From contig JBHGNT010000001.1 in assembly GCA_043228905.1 (NCBI GenBank), positions 4,030,001 through 4,094,000 of the forward strand: 64,000 nt of DNA. The letters run 5' to 3'. Positions 24,161 to 38,900 of this stretch are shown one piece after another. The stretch is from Azolla caroliniana. Taxonomy: Eukaryota; Plantae; Polypodiophyta. Both the position numbers and the translations under genes were made by a program. Position 1 is the stretch's first letter; every line of letters starts with the position of its first letter. The notes under the pieces were generated by a model. It saw only the letters and a list, made by a program, of their open reading frames with translations, did not search any database and was not told the DNA's origin.

Positions 24161-26284
24161 ATGGAAGCCACTTCAGAATTCCTTTTGTTTCTGGCGAAGA
24201 TGAAGCTCAGTTTTGGGCCCATGCACATGCATGAGGCTCCTTGGAGAGCTCCCCTGCATCCTCACCAACATTGCATCACTAAATCTCTTCAAGGTACCAT
24301 TTCTTTCTCTCTCTGCCTCCTCCTCCATGCCTATCTCATAGAAACTGGTTCAATCAGAGACATTTACTTCACCAACCTCGTCTTAAGTATCTATGGCAAG
24401 CTTGGCCTACTGCAAGAGGCGGATTCCCTCTTCCACTCCATTCCAAATCCTAATGTTGTCTCATGGAACACTGTCATGGCTTCTTACATACACTACGGTG
24501 ATGTGGATAGAGCTGCCATGATGTTTTCTGGAATTGGAAAAACTCGAAATGTGGTCACTTGGAATACACTCATTGCAGGTTACGCACATAAAACGAGTTG
24601 CAAAGAAACAATGATTTTGCTTCACAGAATGCATCAAGAAAGCAAGCTGCCTAATCATGTCACTTTCATCAGTATGTTGAGTGGATGTGGAAAACCTGAA
24701 GATTTAGACATCGGAAAGGTAATCCATTTGTATATAAATGGAAGCGGAGCTATGTCCGAAAGTGGGGTCATTTCGAAAAGTGACTTTGTATCCAAAATCA
24801 AGATCGGAACTTCCCTCGTGAATATGTATGGTAAATGTGGAGACTTACTGTCTGCCCATCGGACATTCGGTGAGTTAAAAGAGCATGATGTTGTGTCGTG
24901 GACGGCGTTGATATGTACTTACTCTCAACTTGGCCATGCTAATGATGCCCTAACTTTGTTTCGACAAATGAAGGAACAAGGATCAAGTCCCAATAAGCTC
25001 ACATTGATCTGTGTGCTAAGTGCAATCTCTAATGTTATTTCATTAGCACAAGGCAAACAAGTACATGTTTTTGTTATCCTGGATGGGTTCAATCTAGATG
25101 TTGATATTGCTAGTGCCCTTATCAACATGTATGGAAAATGTGGAAATATAAATGAAGCATGCTTGGTTTTTGAAAGTTTAGATTCTCGCCCATTAATTGT
25201 ATGGAATGCCATGATAGTAGCATGTCTAGACCAAAAACACTATTTGCTAGCAATGCTCCTTTTTAAGGAGATGCTTTTGAAAAGCTTGATACCCAATGCA
25301 TATACTTTTGCTAGTGCATTAGCTGCATGTACATGTCTTATGGATCTATCATTGGCTACATTGATTTATTCATATATTGTAGAGGAAGGATACATGCCAG
25401 ATGTAGTAATCAACAATGCTCTTATAAATTTATATGGAAAATTTGACCAATTGGAAAATGCGGAATATATTTTTGAAAAAATGTCTGACCGCAGTGAAGG
25501 AACATGGGCGTGCATGATTATGGTATACTCACAAAGAGGGGAAGATCGTAATGTCCTTGAGTTATTTTATGATATGCTTATTGACAAACCAACATTAAGT
25601 TATGTCACTGCTATCACTGCATTGAATGCATGTGCAGATTTCACAACCATAGATAATGGAAGGGTGATTCATGCATGGATTGTCATTGATGAGATATTGG
25701 ATTATAAAATAGATGTAGTGAATTCACTCATGAATATGTATGGTAAATGTGGTGACTTTGCGGATGTTTATTCTGTCTTTGATCATTTACATACAAGAAA
25801 TATTGTTTCATGGAACACGATGATGGCTACTTACGCTCAATGGGGATATGGAGAGCAAGCTCTTGAGTGCTTTGTCAAAATTTTACAAGGGGAAGATATA
25901 AAGCCAGATGAATTCAGTTATGTTAGTTTACTATCATCATTAAGCCATGCTGGGATGGTTGATGAAGGGGTATATTGTTTTATATATATGGTGTCTAATC
26001 AGCCTAGTCTGGTGATGCCTGAACATTATGTCTGTATGGTTGACATTTTTGGGAGGGCAGGACAGTCATATCAAGCGGTGAGTTTAATCTGTAATCTCCC
26101 TATTTTACCTGACACTTCCTTATGGTCAGCATTGTTGGCATCATGTCGAATGAGTGGTTGTAAAGAGCTGACAACATATTCTGTGGAATGTATACTAGAG
26201 CTTGATAGTGATGCACCAAATTTTTTTCTAGATTCTAAATGTCATTACGAAGATATGTCTTTGTTTGGAGAATTTACGGCTTGA
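24161..26284 (+). CDS. PLS-class pentatricopeptide repeat protein with a partial E domain and no DYW; single exon, ~707 aa
   Basis: Repeated motifs NVVSWNT, PNHVTFISMLSGC, SLVNMYGKCG, DVVSWTALI; terminal LSSLSHAGMVDEG...PEHYVCMVDIFGRAG...PDTSLWSALLASCR typical of L2-S2-E1. Confidence 0.93.
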   Translation: MEATSEFLLFLAKMKLSFGPMHMHEAPWRAPLHPHQHCITKSLQGTISFSLCLLLHAYLIETGSIRDIYFTNLVLSIYGKLGLLQEADSLFHSIPNPNVVSWNTVMASYIHYGDVDRAAMMFSGIGKTRNVVTWNTLIAGYAHKTSCKETMILLHRMHQESKLPNHVTFISMLSGCGKPEDLDIGKVIHLYINGSGAMSESGVISKSDFVSKIKIGTSLVNMYGKCGDLLSAHRTFGELKEHDVVSWTALICTYSQLGHANDALTLFRQMKEQGSSPNKLTLICVLSAISNVISLAQGKQVHVFVILDGFNLDVDIASALINMYGKCGNINEACLVFESLDSRPLIVWNAMIVACLDQKHYLLAMLLFKEMLLKSLIPNAYTFASALAACTCLMDLSLATLIYSYIVEEGYMPDVVINNALINLYGKFDQLENAEYIFEKMSDRSEGTWACMIMVYSQRGEDRNVLELFYDMLIDKPTLSYVTAITALNACADFTTIDNGRVIHAWIVIDEILDYKIDVVNSLMNMYGKCGDFADVYSVFDHLHTRNIVSWNTMMATYAQWGYGEQALECFVKILQGEDIKPDEFSYVSLLSSLSHAGMVDEGVYCFIYMVSNQPSLVMPEHYVCMVDIFGRAGQSYQAVSLICNLPILPDTSLWSALLASCRMSGCKELTTYSVECILELDSDAPNFFLDSKCHYEDMSLFGEFTA

Positions 26285-26889
26285 TTAACATGCAGTCGCC
26301 GATAACAGCCTACAAAGATGGATATATACTAACTTCAAATTCTTTAGACTTCAACTGTTAAATGAGCGAAATACCAACATTGAATATATACATTCATACT
26401 TCGCACAATTAAATATGATGATTGGTTTCACACATAGTCTATTTTGCAAGATCCTAATGTAGAGATTGGAAATATCTCCTTCTCAATTAGACTGTTTCAG
26501 CACATTTTTCTGTGCCTAATAGTTATTCTCATTTGTAATGGTAGTTGATTTCACATAGATCAAATTAAGTTTGGTATGGAATGTGAATCTAACAATAACA
26601 TTATGATTGCAATTTCCTTAGCCCCCCCTTTTTATTAGCATTTTTGTTACGTTATTAGCGTTATCTTCGCACCTTTAGCAATCATTGTTGTATGCCAACT
26701 TTCTTTCCTCTTGATCAATGTTGTGTAAACCTCAATTATCCTTCGTTGTACTTCTTATCTCATCATGGTTTTTGTGCCATTATCGTGTATAGAGACTCCC
26801 TTAGCATTACCCTTTATTTGAAAGGAGAAATCAATACCTCGTTGTCCTGATGCTAATTTGGTGTTATAGTGCAATTGCTTAGTCTCGAC

Positions 26890-27093
26890 GTTAAGAGAGG
26901 AATATTTAAAGTTATTACACTTGATTATTTTTTAGGGTTATATTGGTTAGTATTAATTCTTGAGTCAATGAATTGTGTTTGGTGTCATAGTGCAAATACC
27001 TCGTCTTGGCGTTACGAAAAGAATATTGAGATATGTGGAGTTATGACACTTGATATTATTATTTTTTGATTATATTGGTTAGTATTGATTCTC
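26890..27093. repeat. Degenerate two-copy duplication
   Basis: cgtta...gaatatt...gttat.acacttgat...ttatattggttagtatt.attct at ~26890 and ~27010. Confidence 0.7.
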
Positions 27094-29966
27094 TTTTCAA
27101 TGGATTGATTCTCTTTCTTATTAAATCAATTATCAACCATGCCTTTTTTTTCAATGAAGATTATTGAAGAGACTACATTCATATCTCACCTTTTTTTCGT
27201 GCAATGTAGTTAGGCGTTGGGGCTGAGAATCAACACATGTTGAAATGTAATCTGCAATTTGGCACTTAGTCCCATTTGATTTTGTAACAAGAAAGAATCC
27301 CTAGGATAATTGTGGACAAATCTCCACACAGATTTTAATTATCTCTTTTCGATATATTATTATCTATAACTTCACAAACATCAGTATTTTGTAGTTAAAA
27401 CCAATGTGTTGAATGATGCCATGAAATTTTCACATAAAAATTATTATGAATATTTAAACTCTAATGTCAAATTGGAAAAGGGTTTTTTTGTGGCTAGATC
27501 ATTCAATTCTATCGAGGTAACAACATAAGCTCATAAAATATTTACACATATCCATAGATAATCATTCTCCTCTCTAATAAAACTAAATAGTAGAATATCT
27601 TATTATACAATTTCATCTAGACTCCACGAGAGCTAGTGCTAAGTTCTAACAAATAGTTGTGCGCATTGAACATTACATATGCACATGCAAAAGTACAAAC
27701 ATGTCGTGATCGTATACTATATGAATTTGAAGTGACATGATTATGTGATTTTGAATTGAAAGCAACTACACTAGATGAGTTTCAAGAAACAAATTTGGTA
27801 TTTTAGGTTCAACATTGTGCAAGGCATGTGTAGCAAGTGACTATAGGTATATGAAATTGAAGATATTATGCATTTCAAGTTGACAATGGTGATGTGTTAA
27901 TGGGGGACCAAAGGATGAGTTGGTTATGTTGTCCACTAAGACATGTGTTTAGCCTCTATTGCAACACATTGTGTTCAAAGTGATCAAAGTACATGTCTAT
28001 TCTTGTTGTTGACTAATGGGAATTTTCTAATAGATAATTCACCTAGTTTTTGCTTGTATATGTTGGGTGTTTCAGCATAACATGCTCAAAGGCCACTTTA
28101 CGAAAACAACACAATAAAGTTGTCTTTTTCGCTTTCAAATCTCATTGAAATGTTATTCAAATGCATAATCTATGAGGCGAAGAATCATGTTCTTTTAAAT
28201 TGTAAACATCACAATAGGAGTGACTATATACAACTTTCTAATTATAAACCATAACACATCATTGTCATGGAAGACCTTCTTCATCTTGAAGTGTATATAT
28301 ATGTATATGTATATTATATCAAAGAACTATGAGAACAGAATATTTGTTTATGAACTATATAAGGTAGACAATATGCATTCAAGTTAAGACTTCGAAATTA
28401 GGACCAAGAGTTGTAAATACCAGAGAAGGGAACTACATGGTGCACTATCCTGGCATGCAATTACATCACAAGTCTCGAGTAAGAGATCAACCAACCCCAT
28501 AGTTATCTTATAGAAGGCTAATAACACGCCAAAAAGAGAGAGGAAAAATGTTACCAAGAGCCCATAGTACCATAAATATGAATCCTATCATAAATACACG
28601 GAGAGTGGTTTGTTGTAGTCCAACAAATAAACTTCATTTATTGCATGGAGTTTGTCAATGTAATGCAAGTTTTGGTTTTTATGAACTTGAGAAGTCATTT
28701 TAGGACAAACACGTTCAATGAAGTGATGCCCGTTTTTAAAAGGGAACCGTTAATGTATGCTTTCTATAACAAGTCTCGTTGTTCCGGTAGTATATCCATT
28801 GCCTCAAACTCGAGCCCACACCCAACAATCTCTACGACACTAGCATCAAAGCAGGTGCATTTGTGCATAGGATCATAATAATCTAATGAATACACACCAT
28901 CGCATACATTATGAGTATGTAGAGTAAAAGAACTATAGAATCGTATGGACCGAAAGAAATGTTACAGGCAGTGCTCGGTAAATAGGAACACACGATGGAA
29001 ATGTATAAAGGCAACGCTTTTTCATGTTGTGCATGGGGAGGAAACATATAATTATCATGCATTAGAAAAGAGAAGTGAAGAGTGACCTTAAATGAGGGTG
29101 TGTGTAGTCTTTGTTAGTAATAAATTATAATCAGTTCATTTTATAGAAGAAGAAGAAAAGTTAGAATGCATATGTACATATATACATATATATAAGTTTA
29201 TAACTATAGTCTTTGCCATTACAATTTACATGTGAGTCCCTTCTTCCCTTTCATCTACATAATTATACATACATATATGTATAATTATGTATGTGTATAG
29301 TTCCATCTCCCCTGTTCTCCCCTGTTATCCCCTGTTGCCTCCTCCTCCTCCTCTGTTCCCCCCCCCCCCCCCCCATTTAACGATTTTCATCCACACCCCT
29401 CTTTCGCTTTGTTTTCTTTCGCCCCCTCACTTCCATTATCCACTTCTTGGAATATAGACTTCGCTTCTTTTTTCTTTTTTTCTTCTCTGGTTGATCGAGC
29501 AAAAAACGAACCAACTCTCAGCAGGACTGAAGTTGTTCCAAAGAAGAAACAGAAACATAGTCCGTTACTTGTTTACCTAGGTTATTTGGTAAATAGCTCA
29601 TACCGCATTGTCAAGGAGCAAAATAGACAGTTAATAAAATAAGCCTTCTTGATTATAAACGTATACACAATAATGGCTTACAACAATTTCCGGCATATTG
29701 GGTGTATGGAATCTAGAAGAGTTTAATTGACAAACTAACATGCTCGAGGATATGCGTGTAGATAGATAGTGAATTCTCACTTATTTCTTGCCTATTGGGT
29801 GCAGGCATGGTATTTGCAAAGAATCTATTGAAAAACAAGCGTCTCAAGGATAGATATATATACACGCATCTAATGTAACACAAAGCTTTAAATTGCATCT
29901 TGGGTGCAAGGGATTTAGAAGAGTCTATTGAAAAACTACCCTTTCGTGAGCATAAACAGTAAAGAA

Positions 29967-32900
29967 ATGTCTTTTAGGAATGTACCCTCTAGAGCAATGC
30001 CAAAGCCTGAGCGGTCTATGTCTGTGAATAATAGTAATAATGGTACTCTGATGAGGCAATGCGGGTCTCCTCCACGGCCATCAACCCCATCTTCAATGAG
30101 GACAAGGCCGGCCTCGCCATCATTCCGCCCATCACTCGCCCCAGCCAGTAGGCGCCAGAGTTCCCTCCCTCAACAAGGAAATGGAAGATGTGATCCTGGA
30201 GGTTAGTTTCTCATCATTCTTGACCTTTGCTTGTTGGGCTCTTATTTTTGTCTTTTTGTTGATCCAAACATCTTTTAGAATTATTGGTATGTTTGTGGAC
30301 AGTTGTTGGCAGATTTGGATATGATTTTTCTTATTTTGTTACATATTCTTGCCACAATTTGTTTTCGGAAAATTCATCTTAATCCCCCTAGAGAACAACT
30401 TATGGATATATGTATATGTATGCGTGTATTTATACCATACAGTTTTGCGTAGATGTGGATTTCACACTTGCCATCTGGTTTCACATTCTCATCGCCATTC
30501 ACCATAATATCTGTACATGCTTTGTTAAGCTCAGCTTTGTTATGAACATGCTTATTTTTTACTGACGTATTGTCTTATTGTTAGTCCAAACAGCTTTTCC
30601 AATAAAATTATTTAAGGATATACAATGTTTTGTTACTACTTTTCACCTTATTGAACATCTTCATTGTACTTTTTTTTGTGTGTGAGGAGTTCACTATAAT
30701 TTCCATCTTTGATCTTGCTTAACAGTGCAATTATTCCCCGAATATATTGAATGTTCCATTTGTGTTTCAGGAAGAAAAATCTCCTAAATATAAGTTTGAG
30801 GATAGATATCGTTGCATAAATGCTTATGGGTGTGTAATCAGCCTTTGAACGTTTTCATTGATTTTCTTCCTTGTGTGATGTCATGAATTCATCAAGATCA
30901 TCCATTACCGAGGACCACATTATCCATACAAGGTGAATGCAGCAAAAATAGAAAAATAGGACATTCTGTGCTTAAGGTCAAAACATTTGTGTGGTATAGT
31001 GCAATAAAATGTTAGGGTCTACACCTCAACAGGTCGTTTCTACCAAAAGAATTTACTTTTTGCCAAATCTATTGAGAAGCTTAATTACTTTGATGAGAAT
31101 CAAACCGTGTTAATGCTACTGCTTTCATAATGTTTGGAACAGTATCAGTGAGAGTGCGTGTGGCAGTGAGATTGAGACCTAGAAATGCAGAAGAGTCTAT
31201 TGCAGACACAGACTTTGCAGACTGTGTTGAATTACAACCTGAGGTTATCCTCTAAGTTTCTTTTGCAATTCATTTGTAATTCAAGCTCAATAATGTTTTT
31301 TGTCAGCTTCTTATGCCTTCTCTAACGAAGTTATTTTGATTGCAGTTAAAAAGGTTGAAGTTAAGAAAGAACAATTGGGAGTGTGAAACTTATGAGTTTG
31401 ATGAAGTTCTTACAGACTTTTCTTCCCAAAAGCGAGTATATGAAGTTGTTGCCAAACCTGTAGTTGAGGTTGTGATGTTATTCCTTCCATATATTGATTT
31501 CAAGATGTACTTACATATTTGATTTAGATTAGTTTTCAACATCTTTAACTATAGAAAGAGAATTCTAAGGGTGTATCATGTGTCAAAACGTGACTTCTTT
31601 TGCAAAATGTATGTTTAGGAGCTTTTGCTGTTGTTGGAGGTAAAAACTTATTTTCTTTGAAAATCAGAGAGATTTCTGGGATATTTTACAGGAACAAACG
31701 AGAAAATAGGCCATTGCTTGAAAATCTGACCAATAAAAACATACAATTGAAGGTAATTGAGGAGCATATATAGATATTTGACCAAATTGCTGAAGTGCAC
31801 TTTTGCACCAATAGCTTCCCTTGATTCACAGAACTTCTCTTCATATATTTACATCAAATCCTCTGTCTGGATAGTTACTCCAATTTACACATGGCATGTA
31901 TGTTGTTGTGCACAAGAATCGGTCATCATATGTTGTGTGTGTATATTACTCTACAGGCACTATCATATATAGTTATCTTGCAGTAAACTTTCGCCTGCTT
32001 TTCTGCCTGCTGGAGGGCCAAGCCAAAATGTCTTATCTCTCTGTCCTATCCTTGCCAAATACGGTGCTTGAGAACCCTCCCATGTACATATATAAGCTTC
32101 TGAACCAAATAGAATCTTCGAGAGTGTATCTGGTGGAGTAATAATGTATGGGTTCAACTGCACGCTTGATCCCACACATTCTGGATCTGAAATCGAATCA
32201 AGGTATTTCCTATAGGTTCAATACCTGGTTCATGGATCAAAAACTTTTCTGGTCCCTTGGATGTAGGTGTAAAAAAACTGGGAATCGAAAGAGTTAGATA
32301 GGGAATAAATACGTAAAGATACTAATAGGAAGATCCAGAAAGAATTTTATGTATTGACCAGAACATTCACATATTCCTTTATTGAGCACATAGGCCCCAG
32401 CTCGTGGACCATGATCTCACCACCCTTATCATCGACAGATAAAGGCCATTATCTCTTTCCATCACATGTGCTTCCCTCACTTTGGAGACCTCTCCATTAT
32501 CGATTTACCTATGCTAGAGATCTTTCGAAGACAAAAAGGTATAATATATCTGTCTTGAGAATCTTGCATGTATAGATGACGAGATTCTTAGTCATGTCTT
32601 GATTCAAATTCTATTGACTTTTTTACTTAGTTACATTTGGTTTGCTGTTTGCCAAGGTGACACAACATTTTAAGATGTAATCTCTTGTTTGTTCTTATAG
32701 GCCATTTAGGCCGCCTAAAAGCTATTAATATATCTTTCTCTCTCTCTCTCTGTGTCTTTTAATATGGGTTCTAGCTCTCTATGCACACATGTTTATCCTA
32801 ATATTTCAATTGCTGAATCCATTATTTACGTGGAAATTGATCATTGTGATCTATATAGACATGATCCCCTTGCATGACCAAACATATATTCAAATGAGGC

Positions 32901-35900
32901 ATATAATTGTAATAACAGTATATCTCGTTGCTATTGATTAATGGCGCAAATATGGATTTCAAAGTTATTATAGTTAACCTGAGCCAGCATACAAAGATTA
33001 TATCTAGTTCTTTTGCGTGCCAAGGAAGGGAAACACTAGGTGAAATTTTGTGTGAATTCCTGTGCTATCAGACTTTTCTGTAACTTGGCAATATCTATCA
33101 AGTGTCACCAATAATCATAACAAACCATGTACTTTCATGAGTTCTGTATTTCAAACCTACAATAAGGTTTTGCAAGCCAGAGTACTTTGATATCATGAAG
33201 AGATAATTATTACGTGTGAATTTTCATTCATGCTGGATAAATTATGCCGTCTCAGATATGTAAACAAGCATAACCAACGAAATTTCCTCATAAGCGTTTT
33301 GCAGAGTGTCCTAGAAGGATTCAACGGTACAGTCATGGCTTATGGGCAGACAGGAACAGGTAAAACTTTTACAGTTGGAAGTTTGGGTGATGAAGACATA
33401 TCAAATCGTGGGATAATGGTACGTGCTATGGAGGACATCTTTGCAAACATATCTCCAGGGAATGATTCTGTCAATGTATCATATTTGCAGGTGAACCATT
33501 AGTATTTTAATGCATATATTAATTGATGTAGAAATTTGCAGATTTTGGTATGCTCATACATATTCTTATTTGGTATTAATGAGCTACGTATAAACTGTTG
33601 TAGTTCTTGGTCTGTTGGAGAAATCCTCTTTGTTTATCTGCGTGGTTTTTGCATCACATTGTATAAAGGGTTGGCCATATTCTTTTGATATTTAAGGCTG
33701 TGGTGTTGGGCATCATCTGTGAAGCTAATGTCTATTTTAATTCTGATCTATGGGTTTATAAAAACATATTTTTAAATCCCGTTCTCGAGACTGCTTTCCT
33801 TTTGTGAGGTTCAGTAGGTCATGGGGCATCCTTTTGACATGTGCATGCATTAATTTTGTTTGGGCTTTGGGTATGATGACTCACCCAATCTTCCTTCCAT
33901 GGAATATAGACTTGCAAAATAAGTAGAAAGGTTTTAAACTATATATCTCTCCTAAGTTTTTTTCTTGCTTCTAATTTGCAATTTCTTTCAAAAACAGCTG
34001 TACATGGAAACAGTACAAGATCTACTTGCTCCAGAAAAATATAACATACCAATAGTTGAGGATCCAAAGACAGGCGATGTATCAGTACCAGGAGCTACCG
34101 TTGTACAGATAAGAGATCGATGTAGTTTCGTAGAGCTTCTTCGAACAGGTGAAGCAAATAGATTTGCTGCCAATACAAAACTTAATGCTGAATCATCTAG
34201 AAGCCATGCAGTATTAATGGTTAGTTTTGCTTCTTATGTCAGATATTGATATTAGCTTCCTTTTAGCTTTTTCAGTGGTGCTGCAGGTGTAAGGGTTTTC
34301 AAAGAACTATGTTTTTTCCATTGATTCTAGGTTACTATAAAGAAACATATCGGCGGGAAAACAGGAGATTTGATTGATATGAATGAAAATGAAATTTGTG
34401 TACATATGATCAAAGGATTCAAAGCCCCAACAGTTAGAAAGAGCAAGCTGGTGGTGGTGGATCTTGCTGGATCCGAGCGATTGGAAAAATCTGGTTTATA
34501 CTGATTTGATTAAAGGATATGATATCATTTAGCCGTTTTTTAATTGATAGGCTTTATTTCCTACTTTGCTGCTGTTGATTTGTTCGTTTGCATGCTATTT
34601 AAAGGGAGTCACAAAGCTGTCGGATTATGAAATAGTTCTGTCTTGACTTTGTAGGGAGTGAAGGTCGTGCTTTGGAGGAAGCAAAGTCGATAAATTTGTC
34701 ACTAACAGCTCTTGGCAAGTGTATCAATGCATTAGCTGAAGGCAGTGCTCATGTTCCCATCCGGGATTCAAAACTTACAAGGCTGCTCCGTGATTCCTTT
34801 GGAGGTTATATATTACTTTTTAAGGAAATAAACGTTATGATCATTGTAAAGCTATTTTGCAGCTATGTCATCATCACCTACATTTTGTTTATTTTATGTC
34901 TTGAAAGTGAAACTTGATGTCTTTACTTCGCCAGTAAACCTACTGTTTAAATAGAAATGGGAAGAAAGCCTAAAATTTGATTAATCAAATTACACATACA
35001 AATGGAAACCTTTAATTTAAGCTAGCTCCATTTTGTATGTGGTTTCGTTAAAAAGTGGTTCCATTGTTTTAGTGGTCAATCTCTTCATGGCCGAGTTTGT
35101 GCATCGCCCTGTAGAGTAGCTTTAGAAACTGAACGAATTAGTTCAACATTAATTTGTATTCACATATGTTAACTCAGATTCTATTGAAAATTGGAAGTCA
35201 ACTCATATTACTCAGATATGGAGTCTTTTTGTCATATCTGTTTTGTGGATTATAAGAAGTTGGTATTTTTCCATACTTTCTTTTTCCCAGGCTTGTCAAC
35301 ATAATTTTCATGAAACCCGAAATCAGCAATATGAATAATTATCATGTGTTTTCTTTATCAAGGATATGCTGGATTTGCGTTCCTTTTCCTTTTTCTTTTT
35401 CTTTTCCTTTTTGAGACATGTATCTTCGACATTTCTCTTTTGAGAATTATGGATGGCTCACTTACTGGTTTTCCAAGTATTTCTCAATTGTTCATATGTT
35501 TTATGCCATGTTTGAATTTCCAAACTCAGCTCACCCAGAAGATTCTTGAAATTGGCAATCCAGGACTGGCATTGCAGATGATTATATGTGCTTTATACTT
35601 ATGCACGATCTATTTTAATAAATGACACAACCTTCTCATTTACGTTGATTTTTTCAGGTACTGCAAGGACATCTTTAGTGATTACTATAGGACCATCACC
35701 ACGTCATCGAGGAGAAACTGCAAGTACTATATTATTTGGTCAACGAGTGAGTCATGAGGCCTTTTCCCTTTGTAGCTGGTTTCTCTATCAAGTTTTTCAA
35801 AAGTTTCTATGATGTTTTAAGGATTAAGCTGACATGGGATATAATGGGGATGAGGGTGGCAGTCAGGGAAATTATTTTTGTTTTTTTGTTGCCTCTTTGG

Positions 35901-38900
35901 TATGTTCAATCCCAGGTTCTAACCTAAATCACTTCCATGCAGTGCAGGCAATGAAGATTGAGAACATGGTGAGAATTAAAGAAGAGTTCGATTATAAAAG
36001 CCTTTGTCGTAAGCTGGATAGGGAGCTGAACAAGCTGATCGCAGAAAATGAGAGACAAGGAAGCCTTATATTAGAACAAGAGCAAGGGTTTCAGACAAAA
36101 CTGGAAGAAGCATGGAATTGTGCAAATGAATTTGAAAAGAAACTTGCAAATGCACTTGAAGTATACAAATATTTTGTTTTTGAACAATGTTAATTCTTTG
36201 GCAGTATAGATATCTCATGGTAAACTCTTCTTCAGAAAATGTCTGCTGAAAGGGCTAAGCTTGAAAGAGAGCATTCCGAAGCATTGCAGGGCCTTGAATG
36301 GGAACGAGCAGAAAGACAAAGATTAGAAAATGACTTGAGAAAAACCATTCAAAGCATGGGCCACCAGGCAGATGTACGTATGCATTGTCTTCAGTTCTGT
36401 CTACAGTATTCTTGTCTGTATTACTGTAACAAAGTGATGGTCATTGTCCAGAAAACGGATTCATATAAACAGCTCAATGTTGAAATTATTGAATTAAAGC
36501 TTCAATTAGAGAATGAAACACGATTGAAGCTACAAGCAGAAAGAGATCTTGAGACTAAATGCTCTGAACTTTCTGAAAACAGCACTTGGTCTGCAGAGGT
36601 ATAAAAGTTTGATGTCTTAACTCAGATAATCCTTAGTATCATACACAAAAATAGATCTTGAATCGTATTTTTCTGATTGCCAGTGGATCTACAAGGTTTT
36701 AGAAGTTTGCTGAAATATTTAAGGTCTGTGACACGGGTAAACAGGGTCAGGAGCTTAGACTGCTTACAAAAAGGCTGGAAGAGGAAACAATAATAAGGAA
36801 AAAACTTGAGGATGAAATTACGAAATTGCGAAATCAATTGGGTCATCTAGACACTGGAGCAGATGAGGTGCATGCCTGATTTGCTTAAATGTAGTCTTTT
36901 CCTTTGTTCTTAAGACAACTAAAATATGAATGAGTTGTGATATCAGGCTAAGATAGTGGAAGATGGATTAAGTTCTTCTCGAAGCTCATTCGGATCTGAA
37001 AACTACAGAAGCACACAGAGTTCTCAAACCACTTTTGAGATGCCGATGGGTCAAAAATCAATTACAACCAAACTCCATGATCATGGTAAAATTGTGGCTG
37101 TCCTCATCAGCTTATTGAATTGTGTCACAGACATTTGTGTTGAACCACAATTACTGCACTGCAGCAGGATTGCAGAAAGTGCTATCATTACTGGAGTCTG
37201 AGGAGGTCGATATCCGGGTACATGCTGTAAAAGTTGTTGCAAATCTTGCTGCAGAGGGTATACATCCTGTTGAATTCTTATATAGCATAGTGCAAATGCT
37301 TATAATGAATGTGAAAATGATGTACTCTTTATCCTTTACATATTCCCAGAAAAGAACCAAGAAAAGATTGTAGAGGCAGGAGGCCTTCACTCCATATTGA
37401 TGCTCTTAAAGCGTTCAGAAGATGAGACAATCCGTAGGGTTGCTGCAGGGGCCATAGCCAACCTGGCCATGAATGGTATGGACTAACTGTAGCTTCGATA
37501 ATTTTAGATTCTTATATGCTTATTGTTCATATGGTCTGTTAATTTTCTTGGAGCTGAAACTGTTAGGATGGTTTAACCCATATTCTTTGATGTAAACTAC
37601 TAGTGACATCCCCATGTTTCATTGTGAAGCTACTGATATGAATACTGTAATTAAATGATAGATCATGATAATTGATAAAGAGAACTGGATAAATACCATG
37701 CATATTTTTTGACTTCCGACAATGTGTCCTTAGTGTAAAATGCCTAGAGGAATGAAATTCTGCCATTGAAGTAAGTAACTTGAAGCTTGCAAGAACTGTT
37801 GTCAATTAACTCAAGGCAAGTACTGATATAAAACTTTCTAGAAGCAAATCTCACAACAACTATCAACTGTGTTGCTGTAGGTCCACCTATCTTACAAGGT
37901 AAAGTTTCATTCTCTTGAATCCTGAGGGTGGTAGGATAAAATGGTTCCACTTGCTCATGGTGGTGAATGTGTCAGTATGACATAATGTTAAAAACCTGCC
38001 ATGGTGATTCTTGCATGACCTATGGCAATGGCTTAGTCCTGGCATGCCTGGTTTTCAAGCGGAATTCAGAGCTATGCTGATAGTGATCAAACCTCGAGGC
38101 CTTGTTCGAAAGTCAACACTCTATACATTGTCTGCATTTGGGAGGCAGATAGATGGATTTAATATTGAATCTTACCGTATTCACAGGAAATCGTAGTTGA
38201 GGAGGAATCAAATTATTTTTATGATATCCGTTGGGATTTATAGCATTACATAGGTGAGCAGTAGATGTGTGAGTGTTTTTAACCAAATTTGACAAGTACA
38301 TCCAACCTCCCTTGAGGAAGGTGAAGTTTTTTGGAGTGTTCAGTTTCACAAGTTTCATCAGTAAGTATCACAAAAATATGTGTTCCTTGAGGACAACACT
38401 AACTGAGAAAATTGTTAAGGAAGTATTTTCTCTGTGGTTTTGGAGGATATGACTGGAACCTCCACAAGAGTTAAGGATACAGATGGCCTCCTATCAAGAT
38501 TATCCTGTCTTCTTCTTTCCCATCTTTTTTGAGGTGTGCACCACTGTCTACTGATGGATGCCTTGAATGTCTGCTTTTAACTCAGAGAATCTGTCTTTTT
38601 TTGGGATTTTTAACCTAAATGGTGATTTTCAACTTTTTGCTTTCCTCTTAGAAACCAACCAAGAGCTGATAATGTCTGAAGGTGGCATTACGTTGCTTTC
38701 CAGAACAGCTGATGATGCAGAAGACCCACAGACCCTCCGCATGGTAGCTGGTGCAATTGCAAACCTGTGTGGAAATGGTACTGAAGTGTGATAGTTGAGC
38801 TGGTTGATGTTTATTTAGCTCAGAAACTTGAGTCATGTCTCCAGAAACCCATGTGTTTGGTAGAATTTATTCATCATTTTGAGTAATATTATTGATGATT

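Noticed and set aside
32140-32280. ggttcaatacc B-box-like motif suggesting a tRNA or SINE in an ARK intron
   Set aside because: No cloverleaf, A-box, tail or TSD could be established
37900-38500. Possible LINE fragment in an ARK intron (IDGFNIESY resembles PDGFxxEFY)
   Set aside because: One weak motif with no supporting RT motifs
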